Shown here: positions 22,649 to 31,278 of the stretch, piece by piece
Layout: the number at the start of each line of letters is the position of its first letter
Position numbering within the stretch: the stretch's first letter is position 1
Assembly: GCF_004353825.1 (NCBI RefSeq)
Contig: NZ_SMNA01000005.1
Location: 124,001 to 188,000, forward strand
DNA from: Occultella glacieicola
GTDB lineage: Bacteria > Actinomycetota > Actinomycetes > Actinomycetales > Beutenbergiaceae
Length of the DNA: 64,000 bases
Reading direction: 5' to 3'
Notes under the pieces: model-generated
Databases searched by the model: none
Told to the model about the DNA's origin: nothing
Seen by the model: the letters and a program-made list of their open reading frames with translations, nothing else
Made by a program: the position numbers and the translations under genes

Positions 22649-23534
22649 CGCCGGACGTCCTGGCCTCGGGTCGGTGCGCGGCGATCGCGGCGAACTCGGT
22701 GATGTCCAGACGCTCCCCGCGCAGGCCGGGGTCCACCCCTGCGGCCCGGATCGCGTCCTCGGCGGCGGCCGCGGATCCGGCCCAGGACGCCAGCGCGGAG
22801 CGTAGCGTCTTGCGGCGCTGGGAGAACGCCGCGTCGATGCAGGCGAACACGGCCGTGCGCTCGGCCGTGGTGGCCGGTGGCTCCCGCCGGACCAGGCGCA
22901 CCAGGGCGGAGTCCACGTTCGGCACCGGCCAGAAGATGCTGCGCCCGATGGACCCGGCCCGGCTGGCATCGGCGTACCAGGCCGCCTTCGCCGAGGGCAC
23001 CCCGTAGGTGCGCGAGCCCGGCCCGGCGGCGAGCCGGTCGGCGACCTCGGCCTGCACCATCACGAGCACCTCCCGCAGCGTCGGCTGGTGCTCGAGGAAC
23101 GTCAGCAGGACCGGCACGGCGACGTTGTACGGCAGGTTCGCGACCATCGCCGTCGGTGGGCTGGGCAGGTCCCGGACGGTCATCGCGTCGGCGCCGATCA
23201 CGGTTAGTCGGTCCGCGGCGTCCGGTGCGTGTTCGGCGACGGTCCGGGGCAGCCGGGCCGCGAGCAAGGGGTCGATCTCCACGGCCGTGACCCGCGCGCC
23301 GGTCTCCAGCAGTCCGAGGGTCAGGGACCCGAGGCCGGGGCCGACCTCGACGATCTCGTCGGCGGCGGTGACATCCGCGGCGCGCACGATCCGCCGCACG
23401 GTGCCGCCGTCGATCACGAAGTTCTGACCGAGGGTCTTCGTCGGGCGCAGCCCGAGTTCGGCGGCGAGAGCGCGCACGTCCGAGGCCGTCAGCAGCCGCA
23501 CACCGGAATCGGCAGGGGCCGCTGGCTCAGTCAC
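22641..23534 (-). CDS. rsmA: 16S rRNA m6,2A1518/1519 dimethyltransferase KsgA
   Basis: [32 protein letters not shown]. Confidence 0.97.
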   Translation of the reverse strand: MTEPAAPADSGVRLLTASDVRALAAELGLRPTKTLGQNFVIDGGTVRRIVRAADVTAADEIVEVGPGLGSLTLGLLETGARVTAVEIDPLLAARLPRTVAEHAPDAADRLTVIGADAMTVRDLPSPPTAMVANLPYNVAVPVLLTFLEHQPTLREVLVMVQAEVADRLAAGPGSRTYGVPSAKAAWYADASRAGSIGRSIFWPVPNVDSALVRLVRREPPATTAERTAVFACIDAAFSQRRKTLRSALASWAGSAAAAEDAIRAAGVDPGLRGERLDITEFAAIAAHRPEARTSGDD

Positions 23535-23624
23535 GACTGAGAGCCTAGGGGAAAGTCCGCGGAACGCGACGCGGGCCGCCCCTGCGTGTGCAGGGACGGC
23601 CCGGGACGGGTTCGTGCGCGGTGG

Positions 23625-25106
23625 TCAGCGCAGGCCGAGCGCCCGCGAGCAGGCGGGCCACTGGCCCCAACCGGAGCGCGCCTGGAGGATCTGCGCGCGC
23701 TCGGTCTGCTCGGCCGGCGAGGCCTGCGAGGGCAGCCCGGAGCCGCCGACCGACTGCCAGGTGCCGACCGAGAACTGGTACAGGCCGTGATAGAGCCCGT
23801 TCGAGCTGACGATGGTCGGGTCGCCACCGGACTCGCACTGAGCCAACGCGGCCCAGACGTCGCCGCCCACGGTGCTCGCGGGCGGGTCCGGCTCGGTGGA
23901 GCCGCCGCCGGAGGAACCGCCGGAACCGCCACCGGTGGCCGGCTCGGGAGCGCGCACGACCGGGCGCTCCGCGGTGCCGACCTCGGTGATCTCGGCGACC
24001 GCGTCGGTCACCTCGCTGCGCAGCAGCTTCGTGGAGACGACCTCGCCGTCGACGATCTGGTTGACGAACGTCGAGACGGTCGCACCGTCGACGCCCTCCT
24101 GGACTACGCGGGACTCACCCTCGTACAGGTCGTCGGTCCCGCGCTCGACGCTCTCGAAGGCGATCGGCTCGCTGGTGACGGTGGTCTCGTAGGACCGGCG
24201 CGTGATCGTGACGACGGGGGTCCCATCCTCGCGTGCGGTGATGGCGACGGTGTCCTGCAGGGACAGCGTGATCCCGGCCTGCTCGAGAGCCGCGTCCAAC
24301 GTCGCCTCGCCCTCGATCTCCACGGTGGTGCTGGTGCCGTCGACCTCGAACACGACCGGTCCATCAGTGACCAGCGGGAGCTCGAGCTCGGCGCGGCCGT
24401 CCATGGAACGTGAGGCGCTGATCTGGATGTCCCGGCCGGCGCCGGCGACGTCCGCGACAGCCTGCCCGGCCGTGGCGGCCGTGGTCCACAGCTGCGTGGT
24501 CTCGCCGTTCACCTCGAAGGTGATCTGCTGGGCGAACCGGATCACGACGTCCGAGCCGTCCACGAGTGCCTCGTCGAGGGCGGGGACGATCAGGTCGTGC
24601 TCGCCGGTGGAGATACCCTCCTGCTCCAGCAGTCCCTCGATGTCACCCGAGTAGGTGGTGACCGTGCGGACCTCGCCGTTCACGTCGACGTCCACGGTCT
24701 TGTGCGCCGAGGCGAACACGACGCCGCCGGTCCCCAGGACCAGCGCCAGCGCGGCGGCGACGCCGATCAGCGCGCGGCGGTGGCCCCGGTGGGGCTTGTC
24801 GCGCTTGGCGCGTGCCGCGGCGGCCGGGGTGTCGGAGCCGGCTTCGGCCGCCTCTGCGGGGGCGTCGAACGCCGCGGTGGTGCCGGCGTCCGGCTGCGCG
24901 CTCGTCGCGTAGCCGGCGACCACGTCGTCGAACGAGGCACCCTGCGCCGCGGTGTCGTCGGAGGAGTCCGCGACCTGCTCGGCCGACGACGCCTCGTCGA
25001 CGGATGCTCCGCCGTCGGGCCCGACGGCGGAGGTCGCCTCGAGTTCGGCGGTCCCGTCGGTCGGATCGGGGGTGGGTTCGGGGTGCTTCTTGGAGAACAG
25101 GCTCAC
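23625..25106 (-). CDS. rpfB: Resuscitation-promoting factor, RpfB-type (DUF348 repeats + G5 + Rpf domain)
   Basis: C-terminal WAALAQCESGG..NGLYHGLYQFS..TW...QWPAC; G5 domain; upstream of rsmA. GTG start at 25106 inferred from RBS AGGA. Confidence 0.9.
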   Translation of the reverse strand: MSLFSKKHPEPTPDPTDGTAELEATSAVGPDGGASVDEASSAEQVADSSDDTAAQGASFDDVVAGYATSAQPDAGTTAAFDAPAEAAEAGSDTPAAAARAKRDKPHRGHRRALIGVAAALALVLGTGGVVFASAHKTVDVDVNGEVRTVTTYSGDIEGLLEQEGISTGEHDLIVPALDEALVDGSDVVIRFAQQITFEVNGETTQLWTTAATAGQAVADVAGAGRDIQISASRSMDGRAELELPLVTDGPVVFEVDGTSTTVEIEGEATLDAALEQAGITLSLQDTVAITAREDGTPVVTITRRSYETTVTSEPIAFESVERGTDDLYEGESRVVQEGVDGATVSTFVNQIVDGEVVSTKLLRSEVTDAVAEITEVGTAERPVVRAPEPATGGGSGGSSGGGSTEPDPPASTVGGDVWAALAQCESGGDPTIVSSNGLYHGLYQFSVGTWQSVGGSGLPSQASPAEQTERAQILQARSGWGQWPACSRALGLR

Positions 25107-25265
25107 AGATGTCCTACGGTCACGCGGGCCCGGGTGGGGGAGGGAGGACCCGCTCATGGTGCGTTCACGACGACGTGCGGAGCACCGGGCCGGGGTGTTG
25201 GAGGGACACTCCGGAGGCGGCGATCAGCCCTCGGTCACGCGTGGTCGACCCGAAGGGCCGCCCCG

Positions 25266-25322
25266 ACTGTAACGCAATCGTTATTGAACCCGCCAGCGTG
25301 GCGACTTGTGAGCCCACTCACG
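25266..25322 (-). promoter_or_regulatory. rpfB promoter: -10 TACAGT overlapped by GTAAC-N6-GTTAT box; CRP-like site TGTGA-N6-TCACG
   Basis: Box at 25269-25284; CRP-like site at 25307-25322. Confidence 0.6.
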
Positions 25323-25339
25323 TGAGTGCTAGCGGGCGA

Positions 25340-26377
25340 TCAGTACCAGCCGACCGACTGCGAGTGGCTCCAGGCGCCGCACGGGGTTCCGTACCGGCCG
25401 GAGATGTAGTTCAGGCCCCAGGTGATCTGGGTGGCCGGGTTCGTGCGCCAGTCGGAGCCGGCACTGGCCATCTTGGATCCGGGCAGCGACTGCGGGATGC
25501 CGTAGGCGCCGGACGACGGGTTCTGCGCGTGCGGGTTCCAGTTGCTCTCCCGCTGCCACAGCCGGTCGAGGCAGGACCACTGGCTGGAGTCCCAGCCGCG
25601 GGCCGCGACCATCTGCTGGGCGATCCCGCGCGGGTCCGCCCCGGAGTAGGCGCCGAGCGGCGGGGTGGATGAGCCCGAGGAACCCGACGATCCGGAGGAG
25701 CCGCTGCCGGTGCCGACCAGCACGACCTCGTCCACCGGCTCGGCGACGAGGATGGTGGCGGTCACGGTGCGCGAGACCTCGACGTTGTTCTCGTAGGTCG
25801 CGGTGAAGGCGGTGATCTGCGAGCCCTCGACGCCCTCGGTCTGCACGCGGGTGGTCCCCTCGGGCAGGGCGGAGGTCTCGGTCTCGACGGTCTCGAAGGG
25901 CAGCACCTCGGACTCGGTGCCGTGCTGCAGGCCCACCCGGGCGATCGTCACCGTGTCGCCGTCGACGGCCTGCTGGTTCATCTCGGAGCTGACCTGGTCG
26001 TCCACGCCGACCACGATCCCGTTGTCGATCAGGGCGTCCGCGAGGGTGAGCGCGTTCGAGGTGATCTCAAGGTCGTCTCCGTCCACATTGACGGTGAAGG
26101 TGACCTCGTTCTCGGCCTCGAGCGCGGTCCGCGGCAGTTCGCCGCGGGAGACCTGGGCCCAGACGTTGCCGCGACCGGTCACCTCGGGCGCCCGCCCGAC
26201 GTCGCCGGTGACGGATCCGCCGTCGATACCGTCCGCTTGCGTGGTGGCGAACGCGAGACTGCCGGCCAGGACGACGACCAGGCCACCGACGCCGATCACG
26301 CGGCGGAGGGGGCGGGGAATCTCGGTTGTTGCGGGCGAGTCGGCGCGGTGGCGCGACCCGGTCTTCTCAACTGCCAC
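25340..26377 (-). CDS. DUF348/G5-domain lytic transglycosylase (SLT/Apf-like C-terminus)
   Basis: TM helix, G5 domain, CLDRLWQRESNWN..AQNPSSGAYGIPQSLP...WGLNYISGRYG...GWY. Confidence 0.9.
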   Translation of the reverse strand: MAVEKTGSRHRADSPATTEIPRPLRRVIGVGGLVVVLAGSLAFATTQADGIDGGSVTGDVGRAPEVTGRGNVWAQVSRGELPRTALEAENEVTFTVNVDGDDLEITSNALTLADALIDNGIVVGVDDQVSSEMNQQAVDGDTVTIARVGLQHGTESEVLPFETVETETSALPEGTTRVQTEGVEGSQITAFTATYENNVEVSRTVTATILVAEPVDEVVLVGTGSGSSGSSGSSGSSTPPLGAYSGADPRGIAQQMVAARGWDSSQWSCLDRLWQRESNWNPHAQNPSSGAYGIPQSLPGSKMASAGSDWRTNPATQITWGLNYISGRYGTPCGAWSHSQSVGWY

Positions 26378-26429
26378 GGGGAATCCTTGTCTGACTGCAC
26401 TCGGCCTAGGAGGGGTTGGCCGAGCCTCG

Positions 26430-26490
26430 ACCGTAACCGATCCGTGACCTCGATGGCCACACCAGGGTCCGGAGGGTGTGGACGTTCACA
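26430..26490 (-). promoter_or_regulatory. Promoter: -10 TACGGT overlapped by GTAAC-N6-GTGAC box; CRP-like site GGTGT-N6-TCACA
   Basis: Box at 26433-26448; CRP-like site at 26475-26490. Confidence 0.6.
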
Positions 26491-26839
26491 CCTCCTCCAC
26501 AGGAGGACCGCCACCGCCTGCCCCGCCCCGGGCATGACCCGTGTGGGCGCGGCTCGCGACTCGGCGCGACGCCCCTCGCGCGAGGCCCCCTACGCCCGGG
26601 AACGGCGGAAATCCGCCATTGTCAGAGGGTATCTGACGGTTGTTCTATGGCGCAGATGGCACGGGGTCCGGTGGAGGACGAGGTGGCGGCGACCGTTCCG
26701 CGCTACCTCGCGCGCCGGCACCCGTCCGATCCACGGCCTGGGCGCCGTCCCACCGACTCGGCGGCGGGCGGGGCGGATGAGACCGTCTCCCTCCACCTCG
26801 TGCACTCCGGGCCGAACTCGGGCCGCTGAGCTCGAACTC

Positions 26840-27394
26840 GTACGCGCCGTCGATGCGCGTCCGGCGGGTGGTCGCCGAACGGGATCGCACGTGTCGGTTC
26901 CCGGCTGCTCGGTGCCCGCTCGTCGGTGCCAGCTGGATCACATCGTGCCTTTCGACGACGCGCGACCCGCGTGGGTGCAGACGACCGAAGCGAACCTGCA
27001 CCTGCTCTGTCAGTTCCACCACAATCTCAAGACCTGGGGTGGATGGCGGGTTCGTCGCGACCCACGCACCGGCGCCACGCACTGGACCTCACCGCGTGGG
27101 CGTCGGTATGTGCGCGATCCTGAGCCGTTCGACCATCCCGGAGAGGTCGAACGCCTGCGCGCGCACGCCCGCGACATCCTCGCCGGGATGGACCCGGAAG
27201 CGGCCGCACGCGCGCAGAAGCCATCGACACTCGTCCCGGGCGTGCTGAGCCGGGAACTCGATGAATGGGCGAGCATCCGAGCCGTCATCCCGCTGTTGCC
27301 GCGCGCATGCGTGGAGCCGCCGGACACCGGCGGTGTGCTGCCCGAGATCCAGGAGCGGTGCCGCGACCCGTTTCCGGCAGAGCCGACGTTCTGA
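26840..27394 (+). pseudogene. HNH endonuclease remnant (C-terminus of the DUF222/13E12-type family), frameshifted
   Basis: YAPSMRVRRVVAERDRTCRFP then a frameshift near 26901 into GCSVPARRCQLDHIVPF...TTEANLHLLCQFHHNLKT..WTSPRG; no long N-terminal domain. Confidence 0.8.
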
Positions 27395-27488
27395 GCCGCG
27401 AGGAGCCGAGGTTCGGAGCCCTGAGAAGCCGAGGTCCTGAGCCGCACATCCGCCCGCCGTCACCGGTGCGAGGGTGCGACCACCTCAC

Positions 27489-28394
27489 TCACCAGGGTCC
27501 GTAGAGCTCCTCCGAGGTGGAGGTGATCGCCGCGCAGAGTTCGGCCAGTTCGACCTCGCGCACCTGCGCGAGCGCACGCACCGTCAGCGGCAGCAGATAC
27601 GGGGCGTTCGGTCGACCCCGCCACGGGTGCGCCGTCAGGTACGGGGCGTCGGTCTCCACCAGCAGCAACTCCTGCGGGACCAGCCGAGCCGCCTCGCGGA
27701 GCCCGTGCGCGTTACCGAACGTGAGCGTGCCGGCGAACGAGAGGTAGTAGCCCCGGTCGGCGCAGTACCGGGCCATCTCGGCGTCACCGGAGAAGCAGTG
27801 GAACACGGTGCGCTCGGGTGCACCGTCGGCCTCCAGTACCTCGAGCACCTCGGCGTGCGCCTCCCGGTCATGGATCTGCATCGGCAGGTCCAACTCCTTG
27901 GCCAGGGCGATGTGCGCCCGGAACGCCTCCCGTTGGGCGGCCCGACCCCGTGGACCGGCCCGGAAGTGGTCGAGCCCGGTCTCACCGACCGTCCGGACCC
28001 GTGGATCGGCCGCGAGCCGGGCGATCTCGGCGATCGCGTCGTCGAGCCCGACGTCGTGGCGGGCCAGCGGGGCCGGTTCCAACCCGTCCGGCGCCACCTC
28101 GTGGATCCCCGCGTGCAGCACCGCCTCGTTCGGGTGGATCGCCACCCCGGCGACGACCCGCGCGTGCTCGCGGGCCATCTCGACGCTGACCCGCGCCGCG
28201 TCGAGGTCGCAGCCGATCTGGACGATCGCCTCCACGCCCACCTCGGCCGCCCGCTCGAGGTGACCGGCCACGCCCGGGTCACCGACGCCGTCGGCCAGCA
28301 CACCGGCGATCGACTCGAGGTGGGTGTGGTTGTCGATCACTCCGCACGGCAGCGGCTCCGGAGCGTCCGGCCAGTCCCGGCGTCGCTTGCTCAT
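27489..28394 (-). CDS. tatD: TatD family hydrolase
   Basis: DNHTHL, GETGLD, IHDRE, HCFSG, ETDAPYL. Confidence 0.96.
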   Translation of the reverse strand: MSKRRRDWPDAPEPLPCGVIDNHTHLESIAGVLADGVGDPGVAGHLERAAEVGVEAIVQIGCDLDAARVSVEMAREHARVVAGVAIHPNEAVLHAGIHEVAPDGLEPAPLARHDVGLDDAIAEIARLAADPRVRTVGETGLDHFRAGPRGRAAQREAFRAHIALAKELDLPMQIHDREAHAEVLEVLEADGAPERTVFHCFSGDAEMARYCADRGYYLSFAGTLTFGNAHGLREAARLVPQELLLVETDAPYLTAHPWRGRPNAPYLLPLTVRALAQVREVELAELCAAITSTSEELYGPW

Positions 28395-28428
28395 CCGGGC
28401 CGGCCCGCGAGGTTGCCGAGGACCACGA

Positions 28429-30225
28429 CTACGCCCGGCTCCGCAGCCGGTCCAGTTCCTCCTCGACGATGCCGTCGTCCAACTTCGTGAACACCGGCGT
28501 CGGCGGCCCGACCGGCGTGCCGGGCACGACCGGGCTGCGCTCCCACGCGGCGAGCGTCTCGCCGAGCCGGTAGTCGCCGGTGATGATCGGGTAGTGCCGG
28601 CTCGGGTCGTCGAGATCGGTCACCTCGTCGATGCGTGGCTGGGGGGCGACGGCGGAGGTTCCGCCGAACGCGGCGTGCACGGCCTGGGCGGAGTGCGGCA
28701 GGTAGGGGGCGAGCATCGTGTTCAGGTCGCCGATCGCCTGCGCCGCCGTGTGCAGCACGGTGCCCTGCCGCTCGCGGTCCTCCTTGAGTTTCCACGGCGC
28801 CGTCTCGGACAGGTACCGGTTCGCCTCGCCGACCAGCCGCATCGCCTCGTTGACGCCGGCGCGCTGGCGCTGCCCGGCGATCGCGGTTCCCACCGTGTCG
28901 AAGCCGCCGGCGGTCTGCGCCAGCAGGTCCCGGTCCAGGTCGGTCTGCGCACCGGCGGCCGGGATCTCGCCGAAGTTCTTGTGGATGAGGTTCGCGGTGC
29001 GGTTCACCAGATTGCCCCAGCCGGCCACGAGTTCATCGTTCGTGCGGCGCTTGAACTCGGCCCAGGTGAAGTCGCTGTCCGCGGACTCCGGCCCGGCGAC
29101 CGCGATGAAGTACCGCAGCGCGTCGGGCTGGTACCGGGCCAGCATGTCCCGGACGTAGATGACCACCCCGCGCGAGGAGGAGAACTGCTTGCCCTCCATC
29201 GTGAGGTACTCGCTGGAGACCACCTCGGTCGGCAGTTGCAGGATCCCGAACTCCCCGGGCGCCCCGCCGGAGTCCCCGAGCCCGTCGTAGGCGAGCAGTT
29301 CCGCGGGCCAGATCTGGGAGTGGAACGTGATGTTGTCCTTGCCCATGAAGTAGTACTGCATGGCCGCGGGATCACCCCACCACTGCTGCCACTCGTCCCC
29401 GGTGCCGAACCGGCGGGCCCACTCCACGCTCGCGGACAGGTAGCCGATCACGGCGTCGAACCAGACGTAGAGCCGCTTCGCCGGGTTCTCCTCCCAGCCG
29501 GGCAGCGGCACCGGGATCCCCCAGTCGATGTCCCGGGTCATGGCCCGCGGGCGCACGTCCTCGAGCAGGTTCTGCGAGAACTTGAGCACGTTCGGACGCC
29601 AGCCGGTGCGGGTCTCGAGCCACTTCCCGAGCGCCGTGGACAGCGCGGGCAGGTCCAGGAAGAAGTGCTCGGTCTCGATGAACTTCGGCACCTCGCCGTT
29701 GATCCGGCTGTGCGGGTTGATCAGCTCGATGGCGTCGAGCTGGTTACCACAGTTGTCGCACTGGTCGCCGCGGGCGCCGTCATAGCCGCAGATCGGGCAG
29801 GTGCCCTCGATGTAGCGGTCCGGCAGGGTCCGGCCGGTCGACGGCGAGATCGCACCCTTGGTGGTCTGCTCGATCATGTAGCCGTTCCGGTGCACCGTAC
29901 GGAACATCTCCTGGACCACGGCGTAGTGGTTGCGGGTGGTGGTCCGGGTGAACAGGTCGTACGTGAGTCCGAGCTGGGTGAGGTCCTCGACGATGACCCG
30001 GTTGTACCGGTCGGCGAGTTCCTGGGGGCTGACCCCCTCCTGCTCGGCCTGGACCAGGATCGGGGTGCCGTGCTCGTCGGTGCCGGAGACCATGAGCACC
30101 TCGTGACCCGCCATCCGCATGTGCCGGGAGAACACGTCGGAGGGAACGCCGAAGCCGGCGACATGGCCGATGTGCCGTGGGCCGTTGGCGTAGGGCCAGG
30201 CCACGGCGGAGAGGATGCGGGTCAT
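28429..30225 (-). CDS. metG: Methionyl-tRNA synthetase
   Basis: [27 protein letters not shown] zinc knuckle, KQFSSS; ATG at 30225. Confidence 0.98.
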   Translation of the reverse strand: MTRILSAVAWPYANGPRHIGHVAGFGVPSDVFSRHMRMAGHEVLMVSGTDEHGTPILVQAEQEGVSPQELADRYNRVIVEDLTQLGLTYDLFTRTTTRNHYAVVQEMFRTVHRNGYMIEQTTKGAISPSTGRTLPDRYIEGTCPICGYDGARGDQCDNCGNQLDAIELINPHSRINGEVPKFIETEHFFLDLPALSTALGKWLETRTGWRPNVLKFSQNLLEDVRPRAMTRDIDWGIPVPLPGWEENPAKRLYVWFDAVIGYLSASVEWARRFGTGDEWQQWWGDPAAMQYYFMGKDNITFHSQIWPAELLAYDGLGDSGGAPGEFGILQLPTEVVSSEYLTMEGKQFSSSRGVVIYVRDMLARYQPDALRYFIAVAGPESADSDFTWAEFKRRTNDELVAGWGNLVNRTANLIHKNFGEIPAAGAQTDLDRDLLAQTAGGFDTVGTAIAGQRQRAGVNEAMRLVGEANRYLSETAPWKLKEDRERQGTVLHTAAQAIGDLNTMLAPYLPHSAQAVHAAFGGTSAVAPQPRIDEVTDLDDPSRHYPIITGDYRLGETLAAWERSPVVPGTPVGPPTPVFTKLDDGIVEEELDRLRSRA

Positions 30226-30269
30226 GCGTCCGATCTTAGGGGCGTGGACCCAGCCGAATACCGCCCCGC

Positions 30270-30926
30270 TCAGCTCGCGATCTTCAGCCGGTACCCGATG
30301 CCGCGCACGGACGCGACCTCGAGGCCGTCCGCCGCCAGCAGCCGCCGGCGCAACCGCTTCACCGTGGAGACCACCACGTCGGAGTCCCCCAGGTACCCGG
30401 TGCGCCACACGTTCGCGGTCAGTTCGGCGAAGGACCAGACCCGGTCGGTCTCGGAGGCCAGTGCGGCCAGCAGGTCGAACTCCCGGATCGACAGGTGCAC
30501 ACGGCGGCCTCGGAAGGTGACCTCCCGGGTGGCCAGGTTCACCTGGAGCGGTCCGCGGGTGAACGTCCGGGCGGGTCGACCGACGGTGTCCGGCTGCCCG
30601 ACGGCTTCGGGCCGCTCGGCCACGTCGCGCCGGCTCGGCGGACCGCCGGCTGCCCAGTCGCCGACGGCGTGGCTGCCGGCGGCCTGACCGGCGTTCGTCC
30701 GGCTGGTCCTCGCTCGCACCAGGTCGCCCAGACCTTCGGCCGCGCCCGCCCCCGCGTCGGTGTCGTCCCGGTCGTGGGCGAGCAACTCGCGGGCCGCGTG
30801 CGTATCGGCCGCGGCCACCACCACAGCGTGCGGGCCGACCAACCGGGCAACCTCGCTGCACACCTCCAGCGGCACGCCGATGCACAGCACGTAGTTGCGT
30901 TCGGCTTCTAGATCCCCAATAGACAC
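30270..30926 (-). CDS. OmpR/PhoB-type winged-helix regulator with a degenerate partial receiver domain
   Basis: C-terminal [44 protein letters not shown]-terminus lacks the acidic pocket and phospho-acceptor Asp. Confidence 0.88.
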   Translation of the reverse strand: MSIGDLEAERNYVLCIGVPLEVCSEVARLVGPHAVVVAAADTHAARELLAHDRDDTDAGAGAAEGLGDLVRARTSRTNAGQAAGSHAVGDWAAGGPPSRRDVAERPEAVGQPDTVGRPARTFTRGPLQVNLATREVTFRGRRVHLSIREFDLLAALASETDRVWSFAELTANVWRTGYLGDSDVVVSTVKRLRRRLLAADGLEVASVRGIGYRLKIAS

Positions 30927-31055
30927 CTGACTGCTACCTCCCCCGAGTGCGGTCTGCCGTGATCCTTTCCAATTGCGCAGGTCAGGTCAAGGGTTCGGGC
31001 GACCACAGACCCCGTTCCATCCGGCGTGGCGCGCCCGACACACCGCCGGGACCGG

Positions 31056-31158
31056 CTGAACACCGGGCGTCGGGCACCTGACGATCGTCTGAACGTCCGC
31101 TGAGCAGATACTGACGAAGCGCTGACCGTGATCTGACCGCAACCTGACCATGTTCTGG
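31056..31158 (+). repeat. Helically phased 11-bp direct-repeat array (CTGA core), probable regulator binding array
   Basis: CTGA at 31078, 31089, 31100, 31111, 31122, 31133 and 31144, CTGG at 31155, and one more in-phase CTGA at 31056. Confidence 0.85.
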
Positions 31159-31278
31159 CCGGATGCCGTCCTTGTCCGCCCGAGTCGTTCACGAAAGCGT
31201 GGCTGGATCCCCTGATCCGGGGGATCACTCACGCGTACCTGAGCACCGCCCGGGCGCGCGTCGTCATATGGAGGCACA

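Noticed and set aside
25107..25260. c-di-AMP (ydaO) riboswitch upstream of the rpf gene
   Set aside because: I could not find the characteristic conserved segments by eye; an Rfam scan is needed to exclude it fully.
30226..30885. N-terminal extension of MetG (818-aa ORF call)
   Set aside because: The extension overlaps the wHTH regulator in another frame; the real start is ATG 30225, 7 nt after TAAGAT.
31056..31158. Possible CRISPR or iteron array
   Set aside because: The conserved core is only 4-5 bp at an 11-bp period, and no cas or rep gene is present; it fits a transcription-factor array better.
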